DNA of 64,000 bases from a virus, in IMG/VR virus record IMGVR_UViG_3300032242_000818, positions 100,718 to 164,717 of that record; one strand, 5' to 3'. The notes beneath the pieces were generated by a model. It worked only from the letters and a program-made list of their open reading frames with translations, did not search any database and had not been told where the DNA came from. Both the position numbers and the translations under genes were made by a program. Of the stretch, positions 38,412 to 49,256 are shown in pieces. Each line of letters begins with the position of its first letter. Position 1 is the stretch's first letter.

Positions 38412-41219
38412 TTAGAAATGTATAACAGTTCTTAGAGTCACGTTCTGATCAGCAGTAGGGGTAAAGGCTACTTTGTTGTCAATAAACAACATATGTCCAG
38501 AATATTTATCTGCGTTTGGAGGGGTTACACCAGATGCAGAAAAAGTATTTCCAGCAGCATTTAAAAATACATTACCAACAGCAGGAGTTGCATTATCTAA
38601 TGATTGTAATAAACAACCAGTTGTTGTAAGAGCAACAATCCTAAACAGTGGACCAGTTGCAGACCCAAGATTAACTGCCATATCTTGGGTGAAATTAGTA
38701 GTATCAATAAAACCAGTAATTACATAACACGCAGAAGCAAGAGCACTTGCTAAGTTACCATATGCGCCAAACTGGCGAGGGTTTTTAATAATACCTAATT
38801 GACGGAAGTCATTATTTACAGCAAATCCTTGATTAGTATCTTTAGATACATTGCTGTAGAACATTAATGTTTTAGCAAACATACCAGTAATTGGATCTTT
38901 ACCATGGCCACCATATGGAGCCATAACACCACGAGCAACAGCGCCAGTACCAGATCCCTGATCAAACGCAACTTTACACCAACGATAACCAAGACCATAA
39001 TTCGTAACTTCAATTTTACGTATTGCGCCATTATACACATGAGCAGTAGCAGCAGCACCTGTTCCATCACCAGTAATAGTTATAGGAAAATCTGAACCGT
39101 AACCATAACCACCAGAAATAACTGGGTAAGCCATAATACGACCATCAGGTGTTAGTAGTTCAGTATTGGCTTGCAGCGTGTTAATATCGCCTGGAGAAAG
39201 ATCTGCGCTTACTTGCGCAGAAGTCCCATCACCAGTTACTGTAAGGTTAGCATAAGTGTAACCAATACCACCATCATCAATCTGAACTGATTTTATCTGT
39301 CCGTTAGTAATCAAAGGAATTAATTTAGCTGATGATTGAACACCAACAAAATAACCAGTAGCACCAGTACCTGCAGAAACTGGAGTAATTGTAACTGTTG
39401 GTAGAGCAGAATAACCTGAACCATATTTTAAAACAGCAGTGCCTGAGGCAGTAACACCAGCATATTTAATAGTTGCAGTACCATTAGCAGCAGTCTGCAT
39501 TGTTGCAGTGCCAAGAAGTAAACCAGTTCCACCACCACCTGTAAAAGTAATTAATGGAGGATTGATATAACCAGTACCAGCACCTGAAATTGTAATTGAA
39601 GTAATAACACCTGCGGAAACAACAGCAGTTACAACAGCATTACTGCCACCTGGAACATCAGGTGCACTTACAGTAAAGGTCGGCGAACTTGTGTATCCTG
39701 ACCCACCATTAGTTACTGGTACTGTAGCAATAGATCCATTAATCGTTGGGGCAGTAGTAGAAGTTGTTCCTGCAACAGTTACCGTATAAAGTCTATTTGA
39801 ATAATAAATTTGTTGACCAACAGTAACAGCAGTAGAAGAAGTCCATTGAGTTCCAAACTGCAATGTTGGAACTGAAGTATATCCATCTCCAGAGTTAGAA
39901 ATATAAACTCTTGATACTGAAGTACCATTCATAATTGCCTGACCAACAAAGCCACCACTACCAGAAAGTGTTAAAGATGGAGCAGAAGTATATCCAAGAC
40001 CACCACTGGTCATATTAATTTCATACACTTGTCCATTTAAAGTATAACCAGTAACAACACCACTAGTAATAGTTAATGTTCCAGTCGCTCTAGTTCCAAT
40101 ATATTTAAGTGCTGCAGTACCATTAGCAACTACACCAGATTTATGATTTGGTCCAGGACTAGCAGTAGTCCCTGATACTGTGCATTCATATAAATTATTA
40201 TTGTATTCTACTTTTTGTCCAAGAAGAATACCAACACCAGCAGTCCAAGTATTTGCTCCATTAAATGGAGGAGCAATACTTAATGTTGCTCCAGAAGTAT
40301 AACCTGAACCACCAGAAGATAGTGTTAATGATTTTAATAATAATGGATCTGATGAACGATAACCATCACCTGCAACAGTAATATTTGCAAAAGTATAATT
40401 TTGGCCAGCATTGTCAATTTTAACATTCAACAATTCACCACCAGAATAGAACTGCGAGCGAATAGAGTTAACGACTGGCATATAAACATCAGTTAAGAAT
40501 TTATTGCGGAGAGCAATTGGAATACTGTATAAGTATTTCCACATGTATCCGTCTGGCATAATGACAGGATCTACAACAGTACCAACTGGTTTATATGTAG
40601 AAATTGCATTATTATTATTATCTAAAACTTTATATACATTATAATCATCAGTAAGTGCATAACAATTTGTATCTTCTAGACGCTGTGCGCCTGATGGAGC
40701 AATACTAACAACAGCAGTTGCATTAGCAGCAGCTCCTCCACCACCAGAAATAGTAACAGTAGGGATAGAAGTATATCCATACCCACGAGATGTTAGATTT
40801 ATGTTAGTAATAATACCATTATTAACAACTGCTACTGCAGCAGCACCAGATCCACCACCACCTGTTATTGATACTGTTGGAGTTCCAGAAAATCCATAAC
40901 CACCAGCAATTAAATTAATACCTTGAACTTCAGTAGAATATTGATCATCATACATATCCCAAACCTGACCAGTTACCCAGTCTTTTCTTGGGATAACAAA
41001 AGCCACATCTGTAGAGTTGACTTCTTTTAAAGTTATTATTTCATCTCTTGATTTGAGTTCATAATCAAAACTATCAATTGGATATGGTGGATTGGTTTCA
41101 TCCGTCCAACGAACAGTTTTACCTAAAAAGTAGTAATACCTTGCGCTACGATTTTGGATTTCATTATATACTGCGTCAGCAATAGAATTGTCTAACGGAG
41201 ATTTTAGTAATGATGACAT
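38412..41219 (-). CDS. gp8: Baseplate wedge gp8, enlarged by inserted modules
   Basis: YYFLGK..W, FVIPRKDW, VYKVLDNN, DGYMWKYLY, GGHGKD, DFRQLGIIKNP. Confidence 0.88.
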   Translation of the reverse strand: MSSLLKSPLDNSIADAVYNEIQNRSARYYYFLGKTVRWTDETNPPYPIDSFDYELKSRDEIITLKEVNSTDVAFVIPRKDWVTGQVWDMYDDQYSTEVQGINLIAGGYGFSGTPTVSITGGGGSGAAAVAVVNNGIITNINLTSRGYGYTSIPTVTISGGGGAAANATAVVSIAPSGAQRLEDTNCYALTDDYNVYKVLDNNNNAISTYKPVGTVVDPVIMPDGYMWKYLYSIPIALRNKFLTDVYMPVVNSIRSQFYSGGELLNVKIDNAGQNYTFANITVAGDGYRSSDPLLLKSLTLSSGGSGYTSGATLSIAPPFNGANTWTAGVGILLGQKVEYNNNLYECTVSGTTASPGPNHKSGVVANGTAALKYIGTRATGTLTITSGVVTGYTLNGQVYEINMTSGGLGYTSAPSLTLSGSGGFVGQAIMNGTSVSRVYISNSGDGYTSVPTLQFGTQWTSSTAVTVGQQIYYSNRLYTVTVAGTTSTTAPTINGSIATVPVTNGGSGYTSSPTFTVSAPDVPGGSNAVVTAVVSAGVITSITISGAGTGYINPPLITFTGGGGTGLLLGTATMQTAANGTATIKYAGVTASGTAVLKYGSGYSALPTVTITPVSAGTGATGYFVGVQSSAKLIPLITNGQIKSVQIDDGGIGYTYANLTVTGDGTSAQVSADLSPGDINTLQANTELLTPDGRIMAYPVISGGYGYGSDFPITITGDGTGAAATAHVYNGAIRKIEVTNYGLGYRWCKVAFDQGSGTGAVARGVMAPYGGHGKDPITGMFAKTLMFYSNVSKDTNQGFAVNNDFRQLGIIKNPRQFGAYGNLASALASACYVITGFIDTTNFTQDMAVNLGSATGPLFRIVALTTTGCLLQSLDNATPAVGNVFLNAAGNTFSASGVTPPNADKYSGHMLFIDNKVAFTPTADQNVTLRTVIHF

Positions 41220-41231
41220 TTAAATTTCCAA

Positions 41232-41678
41232 TTAACTGATTGTAACAACCCATGTAACAGCGATAGAATCACCAGCTGCTTTATTAACTACAGGGAATGT
41301 TGTGCGGCAAAGCATAGTACCAGCTGAAGAAGCATTTAGAACAGCAGCCTCAGTAATAGCACCAGTACCAGTACCAGCTGGGAAAGTCGCAGTATAAGTA
41401 ATTGCGTTTGCACTGTTAGAAGAAGACGCTAAAGTAACACGACCTGCCTCAGTACCTAATTGAGTATCAGCTGCTTGTGGAGTTGATGTTGCAGTTCCAA
41501 TAGCCATATGTGACATAATCGAAGAAGCAGTGCCAACTGCACGATTTGCCAAATATGTTTTGCCAGCAGAAACTACTAAATTTTTTGCTTTGCGGATTTC
41601 TTTAATATTGCCTTGAATATTACGGAGAACAATTTCAAGTTCGCCAGTAGGGGTAAATGTATCGTTTAGGTTTATCAT
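41232..41678 (-). CDS. Small virion protein (tail/baseplate-associated)
   Basis: NLVVSAGK, HMAIGT, GAITEAAV, FPVVNK; GGAG RBS before MINL. Confidence 0.65.
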   Translation of the reverse strand: MINLNDTFTPTGELEIVLRNIQGNIKEIRKAKNLVVSAGKTYLANRAVGTASSIMSHMAIGTATSTPQAADTQLGTEAGRVTLASSSNSANAITYTATFPAGTGTGAITEAAVLNASSAGTMLCRTTFPVVNKAAGDSIAVTWVVTIS

Positions 41679-41691
41679 TATATCTCCTTGA

Positions 41692-43626
41692 TTAGAAAGT
41701 TGTTGGTTCACCAACATATGAACCAGTGTCATTTAAGAACCATCCTGCTTCAACATATGGATTAAATAAAATCTGTCCACCAGAATCTGTTGGTGAAACT
41801 GTAGAATTTTCAGTTGGACCAGCCAAAGTAGCATGAGTTCCAAGAGGTTTTGTTATATCGAAATACGGTAATGTTCTATTTAGTAATGTTCCAGTATAGT
41901 CAACTGTACCTACTGTATCATCATCTAAAGTATATCCATCATTTAAAGTATGATCGTACGCAATAGAATTAATAAGTTTAGAGATATATTTAATCTCTGT
42001 ATTAGTTCCTGAGACTGCTGAATCTGAAACTGTAATTGAAAGAATCTTAATTAATGATTCAATTGCAGTATTAATTGTAAATTCATTACGGAGATCATAT
42101 TCACCAAATATTGCCATACCAGCAGGGTGAATCAGATTCTTAACAATTGTTTTGTATGTATTTAAAGATTGATCAATCTTAATTACATAAGAATGTGATT
42201 GGTAAAATTTACTATCTTGGATGTAAATAGCATCATCTAAGAATCCATCATTATTAACATAGTATCCTGGATATTTAGCAAGTGGTCCAAGAGATACTTT
42301 AATAATAGCAGGTGTAGTTGTTGTGGCTACAGAGTTAGCAGAACTAATACCAAATTCACGAACAGTTAAACCAGCATAAGTGCCATCGATAGCAGCTGGT
42401 CTAAGAGAAGCAACAGCTGTTAAAGAACTAGAAGTTGTTCCTGCAAAGTTGGCAGTTAAAGTTAAACTAGTATTACTGGCAACACTTTGAACCTTATATA
42501 CAACTCCAGACAAAGTTATAATGTCGCCAAAGGTTAGTTCAGAAGCAAATAAAGTTCCAGAACCAGTAATAGTTGCGCTACCATTAGTGGCAGTAAGCGT
42601 TCCTGTTAAAGTTGAATTAATGGCTAAATTATAATCTGAAGTGTTAATAGAACCAGTCTCTGCAAATCCAGAAGTTTTCTCAGTAATACCCAACGCTACT
42701 GATTTATTTGCTGGTGCTAGAAAACTATCAACACGAGAAATAATAACACCTTCAGTTGAAGCAGTATCTTGCCCCTTTTGAGAAGTTATTGAAGAGGTAA
42801 AGTCAGTAGTATAACCAGTACCAAATTTAATAAACTGCGCCTGGGAAATACCACCAGCAGAATCAACAGCGGAAACTTTCATAATACTTCCATATCCTTG
42901 GAAGTTATTAATATTGTATAGATCTCCAACTTTAAAACCAGTTCCTGCCTGTTCAACCATTAATGTTGAAGTAGTTGGTAAAATTAAACCATTAAATAAT
43001 ATATTATTATTACTATCAAGATATCGTAAAGTATCACCAACTGAAATTGTGCCAAAGAAACGACGATCTAAAATAAACTCATATACATCATCAGAAATAC
43101 GAATTGCTCTATCAACTTCAACCTCAACATATTGACGACGATCAATAAGAACTCTAACGATCTTTGTTGTAGTTACAACATCAACCATTTTCCCAACAAT
43201 TGTTTGCGGGTTACCAATTAATATTTTTACAAAAACTGAAACGTCTTGATTCCATTTTCCATCAGATGCACGTAACATTTGAGTTGATGGGTATTGGAGT
43301 GTAATATCCTTATTGAATAAGATTCTAAACAGAAGTCTAAAACTTGATTCACTACCTTTTGCAAGATAAAGATCTTTAATTCTTGTGATTAAAAATCTTT
43401 CATCAACAGTTGAATACGGCAATTTCTGAGCGAGTTCAGACTTAAAGTAAGTAATAAATGCATCAAGAGTTGTATCAATGTCGCGTAATGTTATTGGATC
43501 TTTTTGCGTAGTTTCTAAAAATTCATAATACGCTTTTAAAAAATCAACGAATGTTTGATATTCTTCCCTGACAAATTCAGGTAGCTGTGATGCTACTATC
43601 GATGAAACTTTAGGTCTTGTAATCAT
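41692..43626 (-). CDS. gp7: Baseplate wedge initiator (gp7-like)
   Basis: QLPEFV..FLKAYYE, LYLAKGSE.SFRLLF, IQDSKFYQ.HSY, HPAG; follows gp6. Confidence 0.75.
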   Translation of the reverse strand: MITRPKVSSIVASQLPEFVREEYQTFVDFLKAYYEFLETTQKDPITLRDIDTTLDAFITYFKSELAQKLPYSTVDERFLITRIKDLYLAKGSESSFRLLFRILFNKDITLQYPSTQMLRASDGKWNQDVSVFVKILIGNPQTIVGKMVDVVTTTKIVRVLIDRRQYVEVEVDRAIRISDDVYEFILDRRFFGTISVGDTLRYLDSNNNILFNGLILPTTSTLMVEQAGTGFKVGDLYNINNFQGYGSIMKVSAVDSAGGISQAQFIKFGTGYTTDFTSSITSQKGQDTASTEGVIISRVDSFLAPANKSVALGITEKTSGFAETGSINTSDYNLAINSTLTGTLTATNGSATITGSGTLFASELTFGDIITLSGVVYKVQSVASNTSLTLTANFAGTTSSSLTAVASLRPAAIDGTYAGLTVREFGISSANSVATTTTPAIIKVSLGPLAKYPGYYVNNDGFLDDAIYIQDSKFYQSHSYVIKIDQSLNTYKTIVKNLIHPAGMAIFGEYDLRNEFTINTAIESLIKILSITVSDSAVSGTNTEIKYISKLINSIAYDHTLNDGYTLDDDTVGTVDYTGTLLNRTLPYFDITKPLGTHATLAGPTENSTVSPTDSGGQILFNPYVEAGWFLNDTGSYVGEPTTF

Positions 43627-45461
43627 TATGAGCGACTAGAAGTAAATGTATAGTTATATCCACCACGAAGGTCGCCAGAAGCAGTTGGGTCAGGAATTGC
43701 TGTTACTTTTAAGTGTTCTGGAGGAATGTGCGCAATTTGAGTAAGTGCTGAAACTACGTCATTTGATAATGGGCGAATTGAAAGTTCTAAATCCAAATTA
43801 GCCAAAGCAGTAATATTTAAATTTTTAATATCAACAACACCATTTGTATAATCAATATTACCAATTGTTGGGTTTACAATAATTTTAATACCATTAGTTC
43901 CATAGCGGAATAAACGAACATACTGAACACCATCATCATCAAGGTAATGAATCTCATCACTTCCTGCAATATAGAAGCCAGTACTCTTAAATGATTCTTC
44001 TGGTTGCCCAGCACTCCAAATAGGGTTAATTAAATTAAGTAAATATTGCGCAGAAGTATTATATCTAACAACCAATGCTCTACGTAATAAAATAGTAGTA
44101 ATATTATTTGTTATTGATGGATCAGAGTTATCAATTAACTTACTAAGTTTAGAGAATCTAAATACTCCATCAAATCTATCCAACTCATTAACATTATAAG
44201 CATTAATAGTATTTGTGACAATACCAGCAATCTCAGAAGCAGTTTTAGAAGTTGCTTGTTCATTATAATATATGGTAGTTGTTATAGCAATGTTAATATA
44301 TTCTGGATCAACAATAACTGGAACAACAGAAACTACATTTCTTGATTGAAGAATAGATGATATCAATCCAGATTTTTGTGTAGTAGTAAGTTTATCTGCA
44401 TCTTTTGGTTTAATACAAATATAAACTTTACCATAAACTGGTGGATTATTATCTTCACCACCCCAACAAGTAACAGAAGCAGCATCAGAAAATAAAGAAT
44501 ATACAATTGATTTATAATCATCAGGGGTTACGCAACGATTTTGAGAAGCGTACATTCTTGGTGCATTAAAACGAATACTATCAATATCTTCAGAAGATGC
44601 ACCATTTGCTGCTGCGCCAATTGTAGTAATATTGATCTGTGCGCTTGCAATTAAGGTTGGTCCGCCATATGTAAACTGTCTTGCTTTATTTGGTGCATCT
44701 AAACTAGAAACAAAATAATTCATATGAACAATATTACCACTATCTAATTTCATACCAAGATTGCCATCGCCAAATGTTATTTCATATAATGCATTATCTA
44801 TTTCTTTTACCCAATAAGACTTACTAGTTGAATTAACATTGACTAAACTATCTGCTTTTGCAAAAGTAGTATATACAGAAGAAGTTGCGGATTCTTGGAC
44901 ACGGATTGTTAATGTATTTAAATCAATATCTGAATTTGGGATAATATAACGTGTATTAGTTCCAACAGTAGTATTAAATGTTAATGGCGTTCCTTCAGTA
45001 ATAACTAAATTTTGAAACACAAAAACACCAGTAGCACTTGTGTTGGTAACTGAACCAGTAGTATAGAATGTATAATTTTTACCATCAATAGTAGTATTGA
45101 ATGGAGTATATGCTGGTAATGTTAAAATTGTTGCACCAGAAGATGGAGCAGAAACTGTCAAAGTTATAGTAGCCTGAGCGCAAGTAGCAGATCTTGGCGA
45201 ATAACCAAGCATTTTAGAAAGAGAAACTACACTATTACGTTTTCTTGCTGAATCAAGAAACATCTCGTTAATAGCAAGGTTATTATACAAAGCATTATAG
45301 TGAGTATTATAAGCCAAAACATCAAGAATAACAGACATTGCGGAGCCTTCAAAATCGTAATCTTGAAACTCGGTTTGTCCGCTAAGGAAAGTTTTTAAGT
45401 TTGTTTTAATATCATCAAAATCTAATGTTGTGACATTAATCTTTTTATTAGTAGTTGCCAT
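43626..45461 (-). CDS. gp6: Baseplate wedge gp6
   Basis: LDFDDIK, DYDFEGS, LAYNTHY, EITFGDG, QNRCVTPDDY, WGGED. Confidence 0.96.
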   Translation of the reverse strand: MATTNKKINVTTLDFDDIKTNLKTFLSGQTEFQDYDFEGSAMSVILDVLAYNTHYNALYNNLAINEMFLDSARKRNSVVSLSKMLGYSPRSATCAQATITLTVSAPSSGATILTLPAYTPFNTTIDGKNYTFYTTGSVTNTSATGVFVFQNLVITEGTPLTFNTTVGTNTRYIIPNSDIDLNTLTIRVQESATSSVYTTFAKADSLVNVNSTSKSYWVKEIDNALYEITFGDGNLGMKLDSGNIVHMNYFVSSLDAPNKARQFTYGGPTLIASAQINITTIGAAANGASSEDIDSIRFNAPRMYASQNRCVTPDDYKSIVYSLFSDAASVTCWGGEDNNPPVYGKVYICIKPKDADKLTTTQKSGLISSILQSRNVVSVVPVIVDPEYINIAITTTIYYNEQATSKTASEIAGIVTNTINAYNVNELDRFDGVFRFSKLSKLIDNSDPSITNNITTILLRRALVVRYNTSAQYLLNLINPIWSAGQPEESFKSTGFYIAGSDEIHYLDDDGVQYVRLFRYGTNGIKIIVNPTIGNIDYTNGVVDIKNLNITALANLDLELSIRPLSNDVVSALTQIAHIPPEHLKVTAIPDPTASGDLRGGYNYTFTSSRS

Positions 45462-45854
45462 TTATCGTGTTCTCTGTAGCGTTAAATCTAGCGTTATTGG
45501 GGCAGTCGTATTCAAAATTGTAAACTCAATTGAAACATCAATTGTTTGATCGTCTGCAGCTACGACGCAAATAATATCTAATAATTGAACTCTTGGTTCA
45601 AACGTATTAATAACATCCTGTATTGTTCGTTTTAACATAGCACCAAGCATTGGAGATGTTGGTTCAAAAAGAAGTTTTCTAATAGGACTTCCAATTTCAC
45701 TATGAAATGGTCTTTCATAGTTACTAGTAAGGATCAAATTCTTTAGAGCATTCTTTACCGCATCCTCATCGTAACGACGAGTAACATCTTTCGTCACAGG
45801 ATTTTTTGTGAAATTTAGATCTAAATCTGAGAATGTTCTTGTATTATTTGCCAT
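45462..45854 (-). CDS. gp25: Baseplate wedge gp25
   Basis: FSDLDL, AVKNALKNLILT..ERPF, FEPRV. Confidence 0.95.
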   Translation of the reverse strand: MANNTRTFSDLDLNFTKNPVTKDVTRRYDEDAVKNALKNLILTSNYERPFHSEIGSPIRKLLFEPTSPMLGAMLKRTIQDVINTFEPRVQLLDIICVVAADDQTIDVSIEFTILNTTAPITLDLTLQRTR

Positions 45855-45859
45855 ATACT

Positions 45860-45866
45860 TATTTAG
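45860..45866 (-). promoter_or_regulatory. Late promoter for gp25
   Basis: CTAAATA 5 nt upstream of the ATG. Confidence 0.55.
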
Positions 45867-45867
45867 G

Positions 45868-46167
45868 TTATTCTACTGAGGTCTTTGCATTCCCATCAGC
45901 TACTTGATCGTTGTCCGCTATCGGGTCGTTTACCCTTGCAGCAGCCTTACCCTCAAAGAAAGTCTTAGATGCTCCAGAGGTTATTTGACGCTGTTCATTT
46001 TGATGCAAAGACCTATTCGCAGTATGGGCATCAAATTGATCTCCAACTACCCCTATTAATTTACCACCAACATAACTCTTTGTGCATTGATTTTTAGTAT
46101 TTAAACCAGTTGGTGGTCCACCATCCAAACCTTTGCTCATAGCACCTTTATAAGTTAATGCTGTCAT
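45868..46167 (-). CDS. PAAR-like spike tip (gp5.4-like)
   Basis: About 100 aa between gp5 and gp25; GKAAARVND, GDQFDAH. Confidence 0.8.
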   Translation of the reverse strand: MTALTYKGAMSKGLDGGPPTGLNTKNQCTKSYVGGKLIGVVGDQFDAHTANRSLHQNEQRQITSGASKTFFEGKAAARVNDPIADNDQVADGNAKTSVE

Positions 46168-49100
46168 GCTTTTACTGCTGATGGAGGTGTAATAGAGTCA
46201 AGAAGAACAAATTTACCCATAGTGTGAGTTCTATCATTTAACATAGTAAACGCCATTTTTCTTTGTGTGCTTCCATAACCCATATGAACCCAAACCTGAT
46301 CCTGATAACGATACTCTAAAATAATCTGATCATACGGTAATATTTTCTCTAGAGCAGTTGCTAGTTCATATGTTTTACGCATTCTATCTGGAAGTAACAA
46401 AGCAACGTCAATAGCAAATCCTTTGCAATGTGAAGAGTTTGGGGACTCAGTTTTAATTACCCCTTTTAATCTATAACCAGAAGTAATTTTCCATTGTTTA
46501 TTTCTTCCGCCTATTCCTCCTGGAAGAACTTCAAGTGCTGGTTCGAGAATATTTTGACAAGTTTGAGCGAGATTACAAACAATTTCCTGAACAGTAAATG
46601 TTCTTATTTTACCATCAGCCCCTTGTAATTGCTGATCAACAAGTTTATGTTTACCATTTAAACCACCATCCATTAACATACCTAATGTAAAGTTTTTAGA
46701 CATACGATAGTCATCAGTAAAGTTAGTTGTGTTGTAAATAATTTTGCAATCGGTTGGTATTACAGTATTAGATCCGCCAGAAACAGGTGCTGGAGTTTCT
46801 GCTGTAATTGGCACTGGTGGATTAACAACCCCACTTTCTCTAGATTGTTGGGCTGATTGTGCTCTACCTTCTGGAGTAGCATAATCTTCTGGAGTTTCTG
46901 CCGCAGCACCATCAGCTACTTTACGGTCAGGTGGTATTAATTGAGGCACTGTTGGATTTAATGGGTCGCCAGCAGGTGGTGGTGGTAGATCAAAATCTTC
47001 TACATCCTGACCACCAGATGCGCCATTACCGAATTGTCCCTGAGCATAATCAGCATGTAAAGTTCCACCAGCAAGAATATTCATATCCTCTGCTGATTCA
47101 ATCTCAACAGCATTTGATTTAATGCTTGTTCCTTGCCCTGCTTGCATGAATAAATTATTGGCAGATTTTACAGTCATATTATTGGCAGCTACATTAAATG
47201 TTCCAGCAACTTTAATCTTCATATCACCACCAATAGCCATATTCATGTCATTAGCAACACCAAGTTCAACATTGTTTCCTACACGAACATTAGCATTTTG
47301 CGCAACTTCAATATTTGCATCAGTGCGGCAGAATATATTTGCATTACCATCAACTGTTAAATTATATTCACCGCCGATCCAAATAAACCCATTACGTTCT
47401 GTAATAATAAAATTATCACCAACGATATAATTTGTCTGAGTTCCATTTGGATCTACTTCATGGTATGTTCCTGCTCTATGGTAAGTATGAATACGCTCAT
47501 ATCCTGGAGTATCATCAAACTCTTGAATATGTCCAGCCTCTGACTCATAAACTTTATTATATGGATATTGCGCACCATATGAAGGTAGGTTTTGATCCCA
47601 GTTACCTTGATCATATGCCTTCGGAACACCCTTACGGATTGATGCGTCTTTCTTGGCAACAATAGTTCCTTCAACAATACCGCGAGCCAAACGATTTGTA
47701 TCTGGTTCTCCAATATAATCTTTTAGAGGATATTTGTTATTTGGATCTCTAAATCCAGTATTATCAGTTCCATTAGCAATTGATGCTTCTGATGGTCCAG
47801 GTGTTGGATTAGATCCATCTTTTGGTGGCTCAACTGAAGGTGGGTTAGCGTCTTTTTCAACTGCGCCATCTGCGCCAGTTCCGTAAAAGTATTCATAATA
47901 TTTTAATTTTCTAGCAGCAATATCTGGTGAGTTTACACCAACTGCTTTTTTTGCTGCATAAAAATAATCTGGATGAGCATTTGGTTTAACACCAACTGGA
48001 ACACGATCTTTAATATAAAGGGCAGCAACTAATGCACTTACATTAATATCAGCATCAAGCGAGTCAGGATTATTAACAATATCAATATTCAATCCAGCTG
48101 CATTAGCAAGTTTTTGATAACGAGCATAGTTACCCTTACCAGTCAACTGAATAAATCCACGACCATAATACTTACCGCCATCAGCATCAGTTTGATTGCC
48201 AAGAAACCCCTTACCACGCTGAGTTGGACCATATACCCAACTAAAGAATTCTTCTCTAGTAACACCTTTCTTAGATGCATCAGAATATTTCGATGCAGTT
48301 TCTTCAGTTGTAAATGAGTATATTTGTTTTAAACGAGAAGCACTATAATTATATCCTTCTAATTGAGGAATCCAACCAGACTCACCACCAGCGATACCAA
48401 GCAATGCACATTTTTGTTCTTTGGTTGTCAATCCAACTTTGTCACATGCAGCAATAAGTGCCTTAATACCATCAGATGCTTTACCTGAATTTGAAGAAGA
48501 TTTTGGTGGCGGAACTGTTGGGATTGACGTATTTGTTGCAGTTACTGCAGGTGCTGCTGGAGTAGTTGGGCTTGGCTCAGCTGGGGTTGTTCGAATAGGA
48601 GTACCATCTCCACTAACAACTGGATTACCACTACTATCAGTTAATACTCCAGATGCTTTGCTTCTATTTACAGCATCTAAATTAGTTGGGGCTGGTTTAA
48701 ATGTAATAATATTTTCACCGTAACCAGTAACCTGTTCGCTAATAGTAATTTGAGTTAGTGAATCTACAGAAACAATATAACAATCATTGGATAATCCAAA
48801 TCCAAGGACTTTCATATTTGCAGTTAAACCATTAGTTAGATTTGTTCTGCCATTTTCTTTATCAATAAATGTTAATTGTTTACCAGTTACTGGACCATCA
48901 ATAGTTCTTAGAATAGTATCTTTAATTGCATACGATGGTATTACTGCTGCACTATCGTCATCAGATACTGCTTGTGGAGCATGAGGTATTCCACCAACAG
49001 TACCAAGCATAATTGGTTGCTGCATATCTTGATCAGCAAACATAATAATAACAGTTGTTCCTTCGACTGGACCAACTGGAGTATATCCTATACCATTCAT

Positions 49101-49256
49101 CGCAGCAGAACCTATCGGCTGAACTGGAGTTGCCCATGGTAACTGCTGAGTTGGAAGCTGTGTTTTATCGTGCGTATGTAATCCTACAATACGAACCTGA
49201 CAACGACCAAGTTCCAATGGATCTGAACGACTTTCAACTACACCTGTATAAAACAT
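46164..49256 (-). CDS. gp5: Baseplate hub/needle gp5 with GH19 and M15 peptidase domains
   Basis: OB-fold GVVE.R.DPLELGRCQVR; YPYNKV.ESEAGH.QEFDDTPG; YYGRGFIQLTG (GH19); TSGYR..SSH..G.AID..WVH (M15). Confidence 0.93.
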   Translation of the reverse strand: MFYTGVVESRSDPLELGRCQVRIVGLHTHDKTQLPTQQLPWATPVQPIGSAAMNGIGYTPVGPVEGTTVIIMFADQDMQQPIMLGTVGGIPHAPQAVSDDDSAAVIPSYAIKDTILRTIDGPVTGKQLTFIDKENGRTNLTNGLTANMKVLGFGLSNDCYIVSVDSLTQITISEQVTGYGENIITFKPAPTNLDAVNRSKASGVLTDSSGNPVVSGDGTPIRTTPAEPSPTTPAAPAVTATNTSIPTVPPPKSSSNSGKASDGIKALIAACDKVGLTTKEQKCALLGIAGGESGWIPQLEGYNYSASRLKQIYSFTTEETASKYSDASKKGVTREEFFSWVYGPTQRGKGFLGNQTDADGGKYYGRGFIQLTGKGNYARYQKLANAAGLNIDIVNNPDSLDADINVSALVAALYIKDRVPVGVKPNAHPDYFYAAKKAVGVNSPDIAARKLKYYEYFYGTGADGAVEKDANPPSVEPPKDGSNPTPGPSEASIANGTDNTGFRDPNNKYPLKDYIGEPDTNRLARGIVEGTIVAKKDASIRKGVPKAYDQGNWDQNLPSYGAQYPYNKVYESEAGHIQEFDDTPGYERIHTYHRAGTYHEVDPNGTQTNYIVGDNFIITERNGFIWIGGEYNLTVDGNANIFCRTDANIEVAQNANVRVGNNVELGVANDMNMAIGGDMKIKVAGTFNVAANNMTVKSANNLFMQAGQGTSIKSNAVEIESAEDMNILAGGTLHADYAQGQFGNGASGGQDVEDFDLPPPPAGDPLNPTVPQLIPPDRKVADGAAAETPEDYATPEGRAQSAQQSRESGVVNPPVPITAETPAPVSGGSNTVIPTDCKIIYNTTNFTDDYRMSKNFTLGMLMDGGLNGKHKLVDQQLQGADGKIRTFTVQEIVCNLAQTCQNILEPALEVLPGGIGGRNKQWKITSGYRLKGVIKTESPNSSHCKGFAIDVALLLPDRMRKTYELATALEKILPYDQIILEYRYQDQVWVHMGYGSTQRKMAFTMLNDRTHTMGKFVLLDSITPPSAVKA

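Noticed and set aside
4414-48984. Many plus-strand ORFs (e.g. 26185..26757, 21754..22101, 48421..48723) inside minus-strand genes
   Set aside because: Antisense shadows of Thr/Gly/Ser/Ala-rich structural genes; no RBS or recognisable motifs
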